Positions 45,739-56,427 of a DNA stretch of 64,000 nucleotides are shown here, piece by piece. The number at the start of each line of letters is the position of its first letter. Positions within the stretch are counted from its first letter, which is position 1. The notes under the pieces were generated by a model, which saw only the letters and a program-made list of their open reading frames with translations, was not told the DNA's origin and did not search any database. The DNA lies in the NCBI GenBank assembly GCA_018433975.1, contig JAHDQE010000090.1, positions 8,259 to 72,258 on the forward strand, written 5' to 3'. This stretch comes from Ornatilinea sp. (lineage in GTDB: Bacteria; Chloroflexota; Anaerolineae; Anaerolineales; Anaerolineaceae). The position numbers and the translations under genes were made by a program.

Positions 45739-46998
45739 TTAATCCTGCCATTCCAGAATGTGTTCCCCAATAAAAACGGTATCCCCCTCTTCAATGCCCG
45801 CTTCAACCAGAGCATCCTCAATTCCCAGAACCTGCAACAGCCCATGAAACCGTCTGACCGAGCCATAATGTTCCCAATAAGTCATTGCCGCGGCACGTTC
45901 GATAGCCGAACCTGAAATCCGCCACCCCTCTGGGCTCTTCTCAATCGTAAAGGCCTCCGGATCTTCTTCCGGACGGTATACAGGCAGCGCTTCTTCAATT
46001 TCCGGCAGGGGCGCTTCTTCCAGAAGTTGATGCACTCTCCAGAGCATTTTCTTCAGATTGGAGTGAGCAACAGCCGAAACAGGCAGGGCCTCATATCCCC
46101 GTTTTTCAAGTTCCTTTTGAATTCGCGGCCATTTCTCCACCACATCCGGCAGGTCCATCTTATTTAGAACCACAATCATGGGTTTGTTTGGAAGGGCTTC
46201 ATCAAACAAAGCCATTTCACTGTTAATTTGAGAAAAATCTGAAATTGGATCTTCAGATAGTCCATCCAACACGTGAACCAGGACCCGGGTGCGTTGGATA
46301 TGCCGCAAAAACGCATCTCCCAACCCCACCCCCTCATGGGCACCCTCGATCAAACCCGGAATATCCGCCAATACTAAAACCGAGTCCATGTCCAGTTGAG
46401 CAACGCCCAGGTTAGGTTGAAGCGTTGTGAACGGGTAATTCGCAATCTTGGGTTTCGCGTTCGTCACCGCTGCAAGTAAACTTGATTTCCCCGCATTGGG
46501 AACACCCACCAGGCCCACATCCGCGATAAGTTTAAGTTCTAAACGCAGGTTGCGTTCTTCGCCGGGTTCACCCTTTTCTCCGACCCGTGGTGCCTGCACG
46601 CGAGAAGATTTAAAATGCGGGTTCCCACGCCCTCCCCGGCCGCCCTTGCAAACCATTAATTCCTGGTCGGGTAGAACCAGATCACCCAGAAGTTCCCTAC
46701 TATCAGCATCATACACAATTGTGCCGGGGGGAACAGAAATTATTAAATCATCCGCCGACTTTCCGGTTTGGTTATTTACAGCACCTTTCTCACCTTCACG
46801 GGCAAAAAATCTGGTTTGCTGCCGAAAATCCATCAGCGTATTGAGAGTCGGAACCACACGCAGGATCACATTTCCACCGCGTCCGCCGTCCCCCCCATCG
46901 GGGCCGCCGCGGGCTACAAATTTCTCCCGGTGGAAATGGATCATTCCATCTCCACCTTTGCCCGACTTCACATAAATTGTTGCTTCATCTATAAACAT
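45739..46998 (-). CDS. obg: GTPase Obg/CgtA with a C-terminal OCT domain
   Basis: MFIDEATIYVKSGKGGDGMIHFHREKF, Gly-rich GGPDGGDGGRGGNV, G1 GVPNAGKSS, G3 DIPGLIEGA, G4 NKMD. OCT-like tail: RFHGLLQVLGIEDALVEAGIEEGDTVFIG. I chose ATG 46998 over the TTG at 47013. Confidence 0.95.
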   Translation of the reverse strand: MFIDEATIYVKSGKGGDGMIHFHREKFVARGGPDGGDGGRGGNVILRVVPTLNTLMDFRQQTRFFAREGEKGAVNNQTGKSADDLIISVPPGTIVYDADSRELLGDLVLPDQELMVCKGGRGGRGNPHFKSSRVQAPRVGEKGEPGEERNLRLELKLIADVGLVGVPNAGKSSLLAAVTNAKPKIANYPFTTLQPNLGVAQLDMDSVLVLADIPGLIEGAHEGVGLGDAFLRHIQRTRVLVHVLDGLSEDPISDFSQINSEMALFDEALPNKPMIVVLNKMDLPDVVEKWPRIQKELEKRGYEALPVSAVAHSNLKKMLWRVHQLLEEAPLPEIEEALPVYRPEEDPEAFTIEKSPEGWRISGSAIERAAAMTYWEHYGSVRRFHGLLQVLGIEDALVEAGIEEGDTVFIGEHILEWQD

Positions 46999-47106
46999 AT
47001 TCCCGCTTTCCAATTCCCAGTTTAGAGATAGAAGGGATCAGGAATAATCCTGACCCTGTCTCTTTTACTATTAAAATCCCGTTTCCAGCGATCTTACCCA
47101 ACTGTG

Positions 47107-48867
47107 CTACATGACATCCGGCGTAGAAATCCCCATGATGGACAACATATTCGTAATCGCCTGCCGCGCGGCTGCCACCAGACGGAGACGCGCACTGCGA
47201 ACGGGTTCTTCCGCCTGCAATACCGGGCATCGGTTATAAAAGTTATTGAAGGCCCGGGCCAATTCATAGGACTGATTGGCGATATACAGCAGTTTATACT
47301 CGGTTGCCGCGCGTTGAATTTCATCCGGAACGCGGGAAATCAAGTCAATTAATTCAATTTCTGCTTCGCTCAATTCATAATCTGGGCACAGTGAAGTTGG
47401 AATTTCACCATCCATTTTCCTCAAAATGCTGTTGGCCCGAACCGCTGCATATTGAATATAAGGTGCAGCCTGTCCATTGAAATCCAGAGCCGCATCCCAA
47501 TCAAACGTCACGATCTTGGTGTTATCCCTTGAAAGCATGGAATACTTGATCGCACCAAGCGCGACGGCAGAAGCGATTTCCTGTTGAACAGCCAGGGTCA
47601 GATCCTGGTTTTTTATTTTTACAATCTCAAGAGCACGGTTTGTTGCCTCATTAATCAAATCTTCAAGCAGTACCACCGTCCCATCACGAGAGGACATGGT
47701 GACATTCCCGGGGAGATTAACAATCTCGTAAGCCAGGTGGTAACAATCCTTGGCCCAGGCATACCCCATCAATTCAAGGGTTTTAAAGATTTGTTGGAGG
47801 TAAAGAGATTGCCGCACATCGATTACATAAATAGAACGGTCCAGCTTGTATTCCTCAAACTTGCGGATCGCCAGAGGAAGGTCCTTGGTGGAATACAGAG
47901 AAGTTCCATCCGACCTGAGAATCACCAGAACGCGATATTTTTCTTCAAAGCCAAGAATTTCATCCAGCGGAATAATCACTGCACCATCCGGACGTTCGTC
48001 GCGGGCAATTTTCCGTTTAATTAAATCGGTCACCAGCTCTATACCCGGCTCTTCCATTTCACTTTCGAAATAGAATTGATCAAACCGGACCCCCAGCAGA
48101 GCATACATTTGATTAAAACCCTCCAGAGACCATTGGCGGGTTTTCTCCCATAAAGCCACAACTTCAGGATCTCGATGATGCCATTTCCCGAACAATGCCC
48201 GGACTTCCGCTTCCACTTCAGGATCTTCTGAGAATCGCTGGTCCGCTTCGGAATAGAGATCCCCCATCCATCGCGTTACGTTTTCCGCGGGTTGTTCACC
48301 GTCATGGTATTTTTTATAGTTCCACAACCATTTAATAACGTGCAGTCCAATATCGCCGATGTAATTTGCGCGGACAACGTCAAAGCCGCCCGATTCAAGC
48401 AGGTTACAGATTGCATCGCCCAGAATGACATTTCGAAGATGTCCAACATGAAAAGCCTTATGGGTATTAGGCTGGGAGAACTCAACCATCACGCGTTCAC
48501 CACGCAGAGCGCCCTTCCCAAACAGATCCCCTTTATCAAGAACACTATCAATGACTCTTTGGGCGTATTCAGCACTGGAAAAGTAGAGATTAAGGTAACC
48601 CTTTACAGATTCAACTTTTTCAAAACCATCGGGTTGGCCCAAATATTCTGCAATTCCGGCAGCAATTTCCTGAGCTCGCATCGGAACATTAATTTTCTTC
48701 TCTGACTGGCGCGCTTCCGTTGCGGCAAGCTGAAAAAACGATGTCGAAATTCCCCAATGCCCGCTGAAAGGGATCCACTTCCACTGCAAAGCAGGTATTG
48801 GAAGATGGTTTTCTTCACAAAAAGCCAATATTTTCTCTTCAATGACCTGTTGTTCAAGTTCGAACAT
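47107..48867 (-). CDS. argS: Arginine--tRNA ligase
   Basis: Class I HIGH variant FHVGHLRN and a KMSKS-like TMSSRDG. C-terminal anticodon-binding DALR-type helices. Confidence 0.95.
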   Translation of the reverse strand: MFELEQQVIEEKILAFCEENHLPIPALQWKWIPFSGHWGISTSFFQLAATEARQSEKKINVPMRAQEIAAGIAEYLGQPDGFEKVESVKGYLNLYFSSAEYAQRVIDSVLDKGDLFGKGALRGERVMVEFSQPNTHKAFHVGHLRNVILGDAICNLLESGGFDVVRANYIGDIGLHVIKWLWNYKKYHDGEQPAENVTRWMGDLYSEADQRFSEDPEVEAEVRALFGKWHHRDPEVVALWEKTRQWSLEGFNQMYALLGVRFDQFYFESEMEEPGIELVTDLIKRKIARDERPDGAVIIPLDEILGFEEKYRVLVILRSDGTSLYSTKDLPLAIRKFEEYKLDRSIYVIDVRQSLYLQQIFKTLELMGYAWAKDCYHLAYEIVNLPGNVTMSSRDGTVVLLEDLINEATNRALEIVKIKNQDLTLAVQQEIASAVALGAIKYSMLSRDNTKIVTFDWDAALDFNGQAAPYIQYAAVRANSILRKMDGEIPTSLCPDYELSEAEIELIDLISRVPDEIQRAATEYKLLYIANQSYELARAFNNFYNRCPVLQAEEPVRSARLRLVAAARQAITNMLSIMGISTPDVM

Positions 48868-48949
48868 GTGTATCCTCTATGAAAAAATTACGATGAATAT
48901 ATTTAATTTCAATCGACAAATAATTATATCTCAATTTACCTGATCTATT

Positions 48950-48988
48950 AAACAAACGCAAAAGCGGAAGCACGCGATATGCTCCCGC
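48950..48988 (-). terminator. Intrinsic terminator after rpsT
   Basis: On the minus strand, gcgggagca (loop tatcgcg) tgcttccgc forms a 9-bp stem with one G-U pair. It is followed by ttttgcgtttgttt. Confidence 0.55.
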
Positions 48989-49036
48989 TCAGCAGTTTTA
49001 ATTAATCAAATTTGGCTAAGCTGGCTTACAAAAACT

Positions 49037-49303
49037 TTATTTTCCCATCAATTCGAGGCGCTTCATCAAGCGGCTCTTTCGACGAGAAGCATTGTTTTTG
49101 TGAAGAACGCCCTTCTGAGCAGCTTTATCCAATGCGCTGACAGCATCACGAACAGCCATTTCGGCTGATTCTTGATCGCCTGTTTCAAGTGCCAACCGTG
49201 CCTTTTTTACAAACGATCGGGCACTGCCGCGATATACACGATTGCGAAGCCGTTGTTTTTCGTTCTGTTTATTTCGTTTTATTGCTGACTTAATGTTTGC
49301 CAA
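49037..49303 (-). CDS. rpsT: 30S ribosomal protein S20
   Basis: MANIKSAIKRNKQNEKQRLRNRVYR... The protein is 88 aa, basic and all-helical in pattern. Confidence 0.95.
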   Translation of the reverse strand: MANIKSAIKRNKQNEKQRLRNRVYRGSARSFVKKARLALETGDQESAEMAVRDAVSALDKAAQKGVLHKNNASRRKSRLMKRLELMGK

Positions 49304-49459
49304 AGTACTTCCTCCAAAATATCTTTTACAATAACAATCTCAAATTTTACTTGAGAGCGTAATTTTTGTCCAGTCATTTATGTCATTTTCATTTCAGAAC
49401 AAAAAATGGCCCTTCAAAAAGCTCCGCATCTGGAACAGGCTTTCCTTTTGAACTCCGGA

Positions 49460-50638
49460 TTATTTATCCTGAAGTGCAGCCAATCCTGGCAATTCTATCC
49501 CTTCCAGCATCTCCAGGGAAGCGCCGCCGCCCGTTGAGATGTGCGTGATTTTATCTGCCAATCCGGATTGTTTAATCGCCGCAACCGATTCGCCGCCACC
49601 AATGATGCTGACCGCACCACTTTCAGCGACCGCATTCGCGATACCAAAAGTACCTTTTGCAAAGTTCGGGAATTCAAATACGCCCATCGGGCCGTTCCAA
49701 ACAACTGTTCCGGCTTCGGCAATCACTTTAGAATAATTGCTGACCGTATCAGGCCCAATATCCAGAATTCGCCATCCATCGGGAATTGGCCCCATATTCA
49801 TCACTTTAAATTCTGCACCTGCATCGAACGCATCCGCAATCACCACATCAACGGGCAAGCGTAATTTCTTTCCGCCCGTCTCAAGCAATGCTCTCGCGGT
49901 ATCCAGGGCTTCTTCTTCCACGAGAGAATCGGCAACCGGGTATCCCTGCGCCTTGAAGAAAGTGTTGGCCATACCGCCGCCAATCAAAATTTGATCCGCT
50001 TTTGTCAGAAGATTGCGGATTACGCCAATCTTATCGCTGATTTTTGCCCCGCCCAGAATAGCCACAAAAGGCCGCTTGGGATCGGACACAGCCTGGCCCA
50101 AATATTTGATTTCTTTTTCCAGAAGGAAACCGGCAACGGCGGGTAAATAATCGGCTACCCCTACCGTTGAGGCATGCGCACGATGAGCGGTGCCAAAAGC
50201 GTCATTCACAAAAATATCGGCAAGAGAAGCCAATTGCTTCGCCATTTCAGGATCGTTCTTCTTTTCTTCCGGGTGGAAACGGGTATTTTCTAAAACCAAT
50301 ACCTCACCCGGCTTTAAATCCTGAGCCGCTTTTTCTGCGACCGGACCAATGCAGTCCGAGGCAAACTTTACGGATTGCGGGATCAGTTTATCAAGATATT
50401 CCGCAACCGGTTTCAAAGAATACTGCGTATCCGCTGCGGTCTTGGGACGACCAAGGTGAGAGCAAAGAATTACTGCGGCATTCTGATCCAACAAATATTT
50501 GATGGTGGGCAAAGCGGCCTGGATACGGGTATCATCACCGACTACGCCATCTTTCAATGGAACATTGAAATCGACACGAACAAGGACTTTTTTATTTTTC
50601 AAGTCCACATCTTTTACGGTTTTCTTGTCAAACATCAT
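49460..50638 (-). CDS. pgk: Phosphoglycerate kinase
   Basis: [44 protein letters not shown]. Confidence 0.95.
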   Translation of the reverse strand: MMFDKKTVKDVDLKNKKVLVRVDFNVPLKDGVVGDDTRIQAALPTIKYLLDQNAAVILCSHLGRPKTAADTQYSLKPVAEYLDKLIPQSVKFASDCIGPVAEKAAQDLKPGEVLVLENTRFHPEEKKNDPEMAKQLASLADIFVNDAFGTAHRAHASTVGVADYLPAVAGFLLEKEIKYLGQAVSDPKRPFVAILGGAKISDKIGVIRNLLTKADQILIGGGMANTFFKAQGYPVADSLVEEEALDTARALLETGGKKLRLPVDVVIADAFDAGAEFKVMNMGPIPDGWRILDIGPDTVSNYSKVIAEAGTVVWNGPMGVFEFPNFAKGTFGIANAVAESGAVSIIGGGESVAAIKQSGLADKITHISTGGGASLEMLEGIELPGLAALQDK

Positions 50639-50652
50639 ACCCTCTCAATTTC

Positions 50653-50706
50653 AAAACATAATGCGTAACCTTGGCTAATCGAAAGACTAGAAGATTACGC
50701 ATTATG
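50653..50706 (-). terminator. Intercistronic 12-bp stem-loop with a U-run between gap and pgk (possible partial terminator or processing site)
   Basis: Perfect inverted repeat, cataatgcgtaa (50657-50668) / ttacgcattatg (50695-50706), with a 26-nt loop. On the mRNA strand it is followed by uuuug, then the pgk SD GAGAGGG. Confidence 0.5.
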
Positions 50707-50730
50707 CGCTCATTTCAGTTTCTACAACAA

Positions 50731-51762
50731 TTACAGAGCTTTAGCAATCTTGGCGGCCAGATCGCTGGTCCGGCAAGAATAACCCCATTCGTTGTCATAC
50801 CAGGTCACTACTTTGACGAATGTACCGTCCATGACCATGGTTGATTGTCCATCAATAATAGAGGATCGGGCATCGCCTTTGAAGTCCATGGAAACCAACG
50901 GCTCGTCGGTGTAACCAAGAATTCCGGCTAAAGCGCCATCTGCTGCTTCTTTGAAAGCGGCACGCAGTTCTTCAGTGGTTACAGGTTTTTCGGTTTCGGC
51001 AACGAAGTCCACGATGGAGACGGTCGGTGTGGGAACGCGGAGTGCGTAACCATCAAATTTGCCCTTCAAATCAGGAATAACCAGAGCAACGGCTTTCGCA
51101 GCGCCGGTAGTTGTCGGGATAATATTCAAACCGGCAGCTCGGGCACGGCGCAAATCTTTGTGAGCCAGATCCAGGATCTTCTGATCGTTGGTGTAAGAGT
51201 GAATGGTTGTCATCAAACCGCGTTTGATCTTCCAATTGTCATTGACAACTTTCGCTGCAGGAGCCAGACAGTTAGTGGTGCAGGAAGCATTGGAAATCAC
51301 ATGGTGTTTGGCATTATCATATTGATCGTCATTCACGCCCAAAACAATGGTGATATCTTCATTCTTTGCAGGAGCGGAAATAATAACTTTCTTCGCGCCG
51401 CCTTCTACAATATGCGCTTCAGCGCCCGGCTTGCCATTCTGAGAAAGTTTGTCACGGAAAACACCGGTGCTTTCAATCACAATTTCGACGCCCAGTTCTT
51501 TCCAGGGAAGCTTTCCGGGGTCTTTTTCTGCCAGGACTTTGATTTTCTTGCCGTTGACCAAAAGACCTTCTTCATAAACTTCCACCGAACCAGGGAAAAT
51601 TCCATAAGTGGAATCATATTTAAAAAGATGTGCATTTACTTCTTTGGGGAAAAGATCATTAATTGCCACAACTTCCAGCTCATCACCATGTCTTTCGATG
51701 ATTGCTTTCAACACTTGTCGACCAATTCGACCAAAGCCATTAATTCCGACTTTAACCGCCAT
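50731..51762 (-). CDS. gap: Type I glyceraldehyde-3-phosphate dehydrogenase
   Basis: [32 protein letters not shown]. Confidence 0.95.
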   Translation of the reverse strand: MAVKVGINGFGRIGRQVLKAIIERHGDELEVVAINDLFPKEVNAHLFKYDSTYGIFPGSVEVYEEGLLVNGKKIKVLAEKDPGKLPWKELGVEIVIESTGVFRDKLSQNGKPGAEAHIVEGGAKKVIISAPAKNEDITIVLGVNDDQYDNAKHHVISNASCTTNCLAPAAKVVNDNWKIKRGLMTTIHSYTNDQKILDLAHKDLRRARAAGLNIIPTTTGAAKAVALVIPDLKGKFDGYALRVPTPTVSIVDFVAETEKPVTTEELRAAFKEAADGALAGILGYTDEPLVSMDFKGDARSSIIDGQSTMVMDGTFVKVVTWYDNEWGYSCRTSDLAAKIAKAL

Positions 51763-51898
51763 CTTATAACCTCCGTTTTCTTATTTTATTAACGTTTTAA
51801 TTTTACCATGCAATTGACTAGGCAACATATAATAAATACTCAATGCAAATTAATTATACTCCGCAATGAGCATTTTCCTCTCCATATTATTAATGATT

Positions 51899-53344
51899 TT
51901 AATTGGGATTTATGTTGGGATAGGTCTCCCTGACCATCAATGGCCCCGTTCGTTCAAAATAAAGATCCATAATCACCTGGGCCAATTTGACAGAGTCATG
52001 CCGCCAGGGATTCGTGAGATCAATCAAATCAGCCGAATAAACAGAATATCTTTCCCCCAGATCCGGTTCAATCTGTACCCATTCCGGTCCATCCGAGGGC
52101 AAGTTACCATCAAACCGGTGATTGCAAATAACCAGGTCAATTAAGCGTCTTCCCATATGTTTTTCAATGGTGGACACATGATCGCCACAAAAATAGCCGT
52201 CTGTCTCCCCGGGCTGTGTGGCAACATTACAAACATAAAATTTTAACGCTCGGCTTGCTTTAAGCGCGTCGGCAATATCCGGCACCAGTAAATTCGGCAG
52301 AATACTTGTGTAGAGACTGCCGGGGCCAATCACAACCAGATCGGCAGATAAAATCGCTTGAATCACCGGAGGAAACGCCTTGGGGTTACTCGGTTCCAGC
52401 CATACACGTTCCACCTTGCCGGCAGCTTTGGGAATCTGGCTTTCACCCTTTACCTGAAATGGCTCTGTCCCCTTACTCGAGCGAATTTCGGCCACTAACT
52501 TCACATCATGCAAAGTGGCAGGCAGCACCCTTCCTTGAACAGCTAAAACCCGGCCGGTTTCCGCAACAGCTTCTTCAAAGCTTCCCGTCAGATCGGTCAA
52601 CGCGGTAATCAAGAGATTTCCCAGGGTATGGCCGTTCAACCCGGTAGCCGTAGAAAAGCGGTATTGAAAGATCTGGGTAAGCAATGTTTCGTCATTGGAG
52701 AGGGCAGCCAGACAGTTGCGGATATCTCCGGGAGGTAAAACCCCCATATTCTTACGCAATTCTCCTGAGGACCCTCCATCGTCTGCCACGGTGACAATCG
52801 CTGTCAGGTTGCTGGTGTGGAGTTTCATACCTCGCAGCAAAGAAGCCAACCCTGTTCCCCCACCAATCACCACAATTCGAGGCCCCCTTTCCCGTTTACG
52901 ATAGGCGGTTACCGCTTGCAGAATGTCTTTTCCGGGTGTTACAAACGGCTTCAGAAGAGCCCGGTTTAATCCCCAGCTTCCCCATAGAATTAAAAGCAAT
53001 CCGAGCCCTCCAAAAACGATGGCCCGTATTGTACGATCCAGAAAGCGCAATGAAAGAGCGGAAATAATTGGGAGCCACCATGTTTCCGGGGCATTGCGGT
53101 ATAAATCCAACAAAAGGACAGCAAAGCCAACGGCCACCAGTGTGGTACCCGCGAGAATAATCCCAATCCAACGCTTTACACCCAATCCAGGTGCAAGCCA
53201 ACGAATATCCCACTGAAATGCTTTTTTTATACGGGAAAACAAAGGAACCTGTTTATCAGACTGCATATGTTCCATAATAGCAGTCTTTTGAATTAACGTC
53301 AACGTTTGCATTAACACGTGGATATTAGCCACATCTTCTGTCAA
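51899..53344 (-). CDS. YvcK/CofD-family (gluconeogenesis factor-like) protein with an N-terminal membrane extension; start uncertain
   Basis: Core motifs: RIVVIGGGTGLASLLRGMK, VTVADDGGSSGELR, LVVIGPGSLYTSILPNL. Three hydrophobic helices precede the core: WIGIILAGTTLVAVGFAVLLL, WWLPIISALSL, IVFGGLGLLLILWGSWG. The track start is a TTG, and several in-frame ATGs follow. Confidence 0.8.
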   Translation of the reverse strand: MTEDVANIHVLMQTLTLIQKTAIMEHMQSDKQVPLFSRIKKAFQWDIRWLAPGLGVKRWIGIILAGTTLVAVGFAVLLLDLYRNAPETWWLPIISALSLRFLDRTIRAIVFGGLGLLLILWGSWGLNRALLKPFVTPGKDILQAVTAYRKRERGPRIVVIGGGTGLASLLRGMKLHTSNLTAIVTVADDGGSSGELRKNMGVLPPGDIRNCLAALSNDETLLTQIFQYRFSTATGLNGHTLGNLLITALTDLTGSFEEAVAETGRVLAVQGRVLPATLHDVKLVAEIRSSKGTEPFQVKGESQIPKAAGKVERVWLEPSNPKAFPPVIQAILSADLVVIGPGSLYTSILPNLLVPDIADALKASRALKFYVCNVATQPGETDGYFCGDHVSTIEKHMGRRLIDLVICNHRFDGNLPSDGPEWVQIEPDLGERYSVYSADLIDLTNPWRHDSVKLAQVIMDLYFERTGPLMVRETYPNINPN

Positions 53345-53500
53345 ACGGTACGGGGAAATGAACAGGCTCTATCTGAATCACAAATTGATTACTGAAACTT
53401 AACAACACCAGTGAAAACTCAAACGGGTTTTTCTAGCTTAAAACCTCATCCTCTTACAAATTAAAACAGCTACAACAAGTTTTTGTTCTTCAGAGCAGAT

Positions 53501-54037
53501 CTACCGTTCTACATACCGGCTTTCAGCCATCATAGGGAATTCTAAAGATTGGATAAATTCTTCAATCGGTTTTTTGATCAAATCACCGTTTTCATAACGG
53601 GTTCCAGGATCATAGAATAAAGAACATGCATCCCCATCTTCATAATAAATGGCATAAGTTTCAGTGCCACCACCATCCGGTGAATCAGATGCTTCAATCC
53701 TTTTAATCGTAGAACAATCCACCGTTTTCAGTTCATCAAATAAAGCTGTTAAAACCAGTGCCCCAACCGGGATGTTCCAACTTCCAACGTTAATATGATT
53801 GATTTCAACCGTCCCTTTACGGGTCAGAGTAACCTGTGTCCTGGTAATCGTCAGTGTTTCAGACCACTGCATCTCCGGCAAAACCGTTCCGGTATTCACC
53901 ATATACACTACTTGATTAATCTCATTCATATTTACATCTTCCTTGGGCAATTGAATTATTCCGTTAGGAATTTGTGACGAGCAGGAACAAACCAACCAGC
54001 ATAGCCATGCCACCAGGGCACATAGATTCTTTTTCAT
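53501..54037 (-). CDS. Small secreted lipoprotein-like protein, unknown function
   Basis: MKKNLCALVAWLCWLVCSCSS signal/lipobox-like N-terminus. The start is 1 nt after the upstream stop. I recognise no motif. Confidence 0.55.
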   Translation of the reverse strand: MKKNLCALVAWLCWLVCSCSSQIPNGIIQLPKEDVNMNEINQVVYMVNTGTVLPEMQWSETLTITRTQVTLTRKGTVEINHINVGSWNIPVGALVLTALFDELKTVDCSTIKRIEASDSPDGGGTETYAIYYEDGDACSLFYDPGTRYENGDLIKKPIEEFIQSLEFPMMAESRYVER

Positions 54038-54038
54038 T

Positions 54039-55571
54039 TTATATTTCCAACCAATAAGCGGTCAAATATTCGTTTTCACGGACAAACAAGAACCTGCCGT
54101 CTGCCGTTACGGCCAAACTGATGGGAAACAGGAAGACACCTTCCTGCCAGTTACTGCCATCGTAACTCAAACCGCCAAAACGCCGGGTTAGAACACCCTG
54201 AGAATTCAGGATCGCAACAGCGCTGTTCGTTGGACTGCTGCTCATCAGCACATAGAAATTTCCTTCTCCATCAATATCCAGATCCGAGACAGAGCTGCCT
54301 CGCAGCGCCTCATACCCCAATCTATCGATCTGCTCACCATTGTCGGAGTCAATTTTTATGATAGCTTCTTCACTGACACTGAGCGTATACAAATAACCTT
54401 CTGTGTCAAACGCAAGGCCTTTATATCCAAATTCCCCCGTGGCTTCCAGAGGTATATCTCTGACCCATTGCGCAGTATCATACGTATAAACGCGTATTTG
54501 CGAAATCTGGTCATCTGTATTTAACAGGCAGATTTGATCATTAAGTGGATTAATCGCGATTGCTTTTGGGTTATTCCAGGAAAAATTTTCCCCTCCTGCT
54601 ATAATCTGTACCCCTTCTCGGTCCAACAAAATAAACCAGTGATAAACGCTGTCCGTCACCGCAATATGCTGTTCCGCATCAATTGTTACATCACTCAGGT
54701 ATGATTCGTCTGGAACCGAATAATTCTGCATGAAATTCCCTTCCACGTCAAAACGTTGCAGACCATTTTGACCATTTGCTAAAAAGACCATATTCATTGC
54801 GTTTGTTGCCATTCCGCCGGGATACCGTCCGTCCGGATCCGTTTGCGAGTCATGCGCAACAGGTACTCGCCAGAAAACGGGCAAATAATCATATAAATGT
54901 ACGTGACCGACCAGTTCCACAGCATCCAGTTGAAAAACTTCAGCCATGCTGTCGAAAGAAATCAATATTGTGTCAACATCAAAATCAGCTTCAACCGGAA
55001 GTGTAACCAGGTCAATACACCCGCCATCAAATGATTTCTGACGGTCAACCGGTTGTCCTGATTCAAAAACCAATTTTCCCAAACCAGAAATAGAATTAAG
55101 TAACTCAACACGCCGTATGCCACCGGATTTCTCTCCCAGCAGCAAGTTAACTTCATGAGGTCGCAACGGGATATCATAATACAGAGCCAGAATGATCTCT
55201 CCCCCTGCTTCTGGCCAATCTGCAGGATATTCAGAATCACAGACAAAATCATTTTCAGGTGCACCTATTGCAATTCCTTCATAAAGCTCGGGGGTCAGCA
55301 AACTGCTAGTGGGCCACTGATGAATGATTTTTTGATCGGATTCAGTCTCGTTCATCTCCAACACCCCACTGCTTGATTCAAGCAGCACCACTGTGGGTTC
55401 AACAGGAATTGAGGTCGGCTCCGGCGCTATATTAGGTTCTTCGGTAGGAACTTCATCAATAATCACAGCCTGTTTAATAACAGGCTGTGTACCGCATGAT
55501 GCCAATAATAAACAAAGCAAACATATTATCCTGCCGGCATTGTTCGGGGACGAAACGATTTTCTTTTCCAT
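54039..55571 (-). CDS. Lipoprotein with a C-terminal NHL-like six-bladed beta-propeller
   Basis: Lipobox LLCLLLASC. Blade-like repeats: VTIDAEQHIAVTD, AIAINPLNDQICLLN, GLAFDTEGYLYTL, DLDIDGEGNFYVL, SLAVTADGRFLFV. Confidence 0.55.
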   Translation of the reverse strand: MEKKIVSSPNNAGRIICLLCLLLASCGTQPVIKQAVIIDEVPTEEPNIAPEPTSIPVEPTVVLLESSSGVLEMNETESDQKIIHQWPTSSLLTPELYEGIAIGAPENDFVCDSEYPADWPEAGGEIILALYYDIPLRPHEVNLLLGEKSGGIRRVELLNSISGLGKLVFESGQPVDRQKSFDGGCIDLVTLPVEADFDVDTILISFDSMAEVFQLDAVELVGHVHLYDYLPVFWRVPVAHDSQTDPDGRYPGGMATNAMNMVFLANGQNGLQRFDVEGNFMQNYSVPDESYLSDVTIDAEQHIAVTDSVYHWFILLDREGVQIIAGGENFSWNNPKAIAINPLNDQICLLNTDDQISQIRVYTYDTAQWVRDIPLEATGEFGYKGLAFDTEGYLYTLSVSEEAIIKIDSDNGEQIDRLGYEALRGSSVSDLDIDGEGNFYVLMSSSPTNSAVAILNSQGVLTRRFGGLSYDGSNWQEGVFLFPISLAVTADGRFLFVRENEYLTAYWLEI

Positions 55572-55572
55572 T

Positions 55573-56226
55573 TCAATCTTCTCTAGCGATTAATAACTTT
55601 CCCAAATTAATCAAAGCACGTATTTCATCGGCATTTTCCAGGTGAACCCCACGCAGTTCAATGCCTATTCCTTCAGTTGTCCGTTTGATAAATGGACGCA
55701 CGCCCCTCCATGACATCAAAATTGATTCCAGAGAAGGGGTAAGCAGCCGTTCAACTTCCGCCGGCTCTTGCGCCCAGACCATAAAAACTTTGCGAAAAGC
55801 CTCGTTCCCGGACTGAACTTCTACTATCCCGTTCGCGTATGGCCCAAGTGCCATTTGTAGAACCTGGCGGACAAGCGCGTCACCCATTCCACCCAGCTCA
55901 ACCCGCGATGTCCGCGGGCCAATCAGAATAGTACTGCCAGGATAATCTGCCCACCAGCTGGTCATCATGGCAATATTGCTGGATCCCGGACCGCTTTCTC
56001 TCCCATCGGATCGAGATAAGGCCTCAAAAATCCACCGGTCCGATTTCAACCTCACGCCCCATGCCAGAGGCTCACGAATCGTTTCAACATTCCACCCTTC
56101 AATAGCAGCCATCTGGGCAATCTCCAATTTTTTTGCGGACTGTTTTTTCCTGACAAGCCAGAATATGAACGCGGCTACCAGGATGAAAACCGCAAGAACA
56201 AGCAGATTGAGGGAGATATCATCCAT
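55573..56226 (-). CDS. Single-pass membrane protein, unknown function
   Basis: N-terminal TM LNLLVLAVFILVAAFIFWLV followed by a ~185-aa soluble domain. GGAGAAG SD lies 5 nt upstream of the ATG. No recognisable motif. Confidence 0.5.
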   Translation of the reverse strand: MDDISLNLLVLAVFILVAAFIFWLVRKKQSAKKLEIAQMAAIEGWNVETIREPLAWGVRLKSDRWIFEALSRSDGRESGPGSSNIAMMTSWWADYPGSTILIGPRTSRVELGGMGDALVRQVLQMALGPYANGIVEVQSGNEAFRKVFMVWAQEPAEVERLLTPSLESILMSWRGVRPFIKRTTEGIGIELRGVHLENADEIRALINLGKLLIARED

Positions 56227-56387
56227 ACGTGCTTCTCCATTTATGAAAAAGAATCTATTAATTTCATTGTAGCAACATTTCCATTGCAGATTTCAAAATT
56301 CTTCCATCAAACTACAGAACCACCGGAAACAATGATTCCGACATAGCATAGCCAGACTCATTTGCCTGCTGGCATACTGCGAATTTC

Positions 56388-56418
56388 GCAGGGGCGACTG
56401 TTTACCAGTCGCCCCTGC
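56388..56418 (-). terminator. Terminator-like 13-bp GC-rich hairpin 10 nt after the propeller gene stop
   Basis: gcaggggcgactg (56388-56400) / cagtcgcccctgc (56406-56418) with a 5-nt loop. The T-run (cttttac) is on the plus-strand side only, so termination efficiency for the minus-strand gene is uncertain. Confidence 0.45.
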
Positions 56419-56427
56419 CTTTTACAT

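Noticed and set aside
46448-46975. 175-aa Pro/Arg/Ser-rich ORF opposite obg
   Set aside because: It is the antisense image of the Gly-rich Obg fold (GGN codons read as NCC). obg is unambiguous.
48868-49036. Possible T-box or other leader riboswitch upstream of argS
   Set aside because: After the rpsT terminator (48950-48988), only about 80 nt remain before the argS start. That is far too short for a T-box, and no specifier or antiterminator features are visible.
51160-51792. 210-aa ORF opposite gap
   Set aside because: gap is unambiguous on the minus strand ([12 protein letters not shown]). The antisense ORF has no recognisable features.
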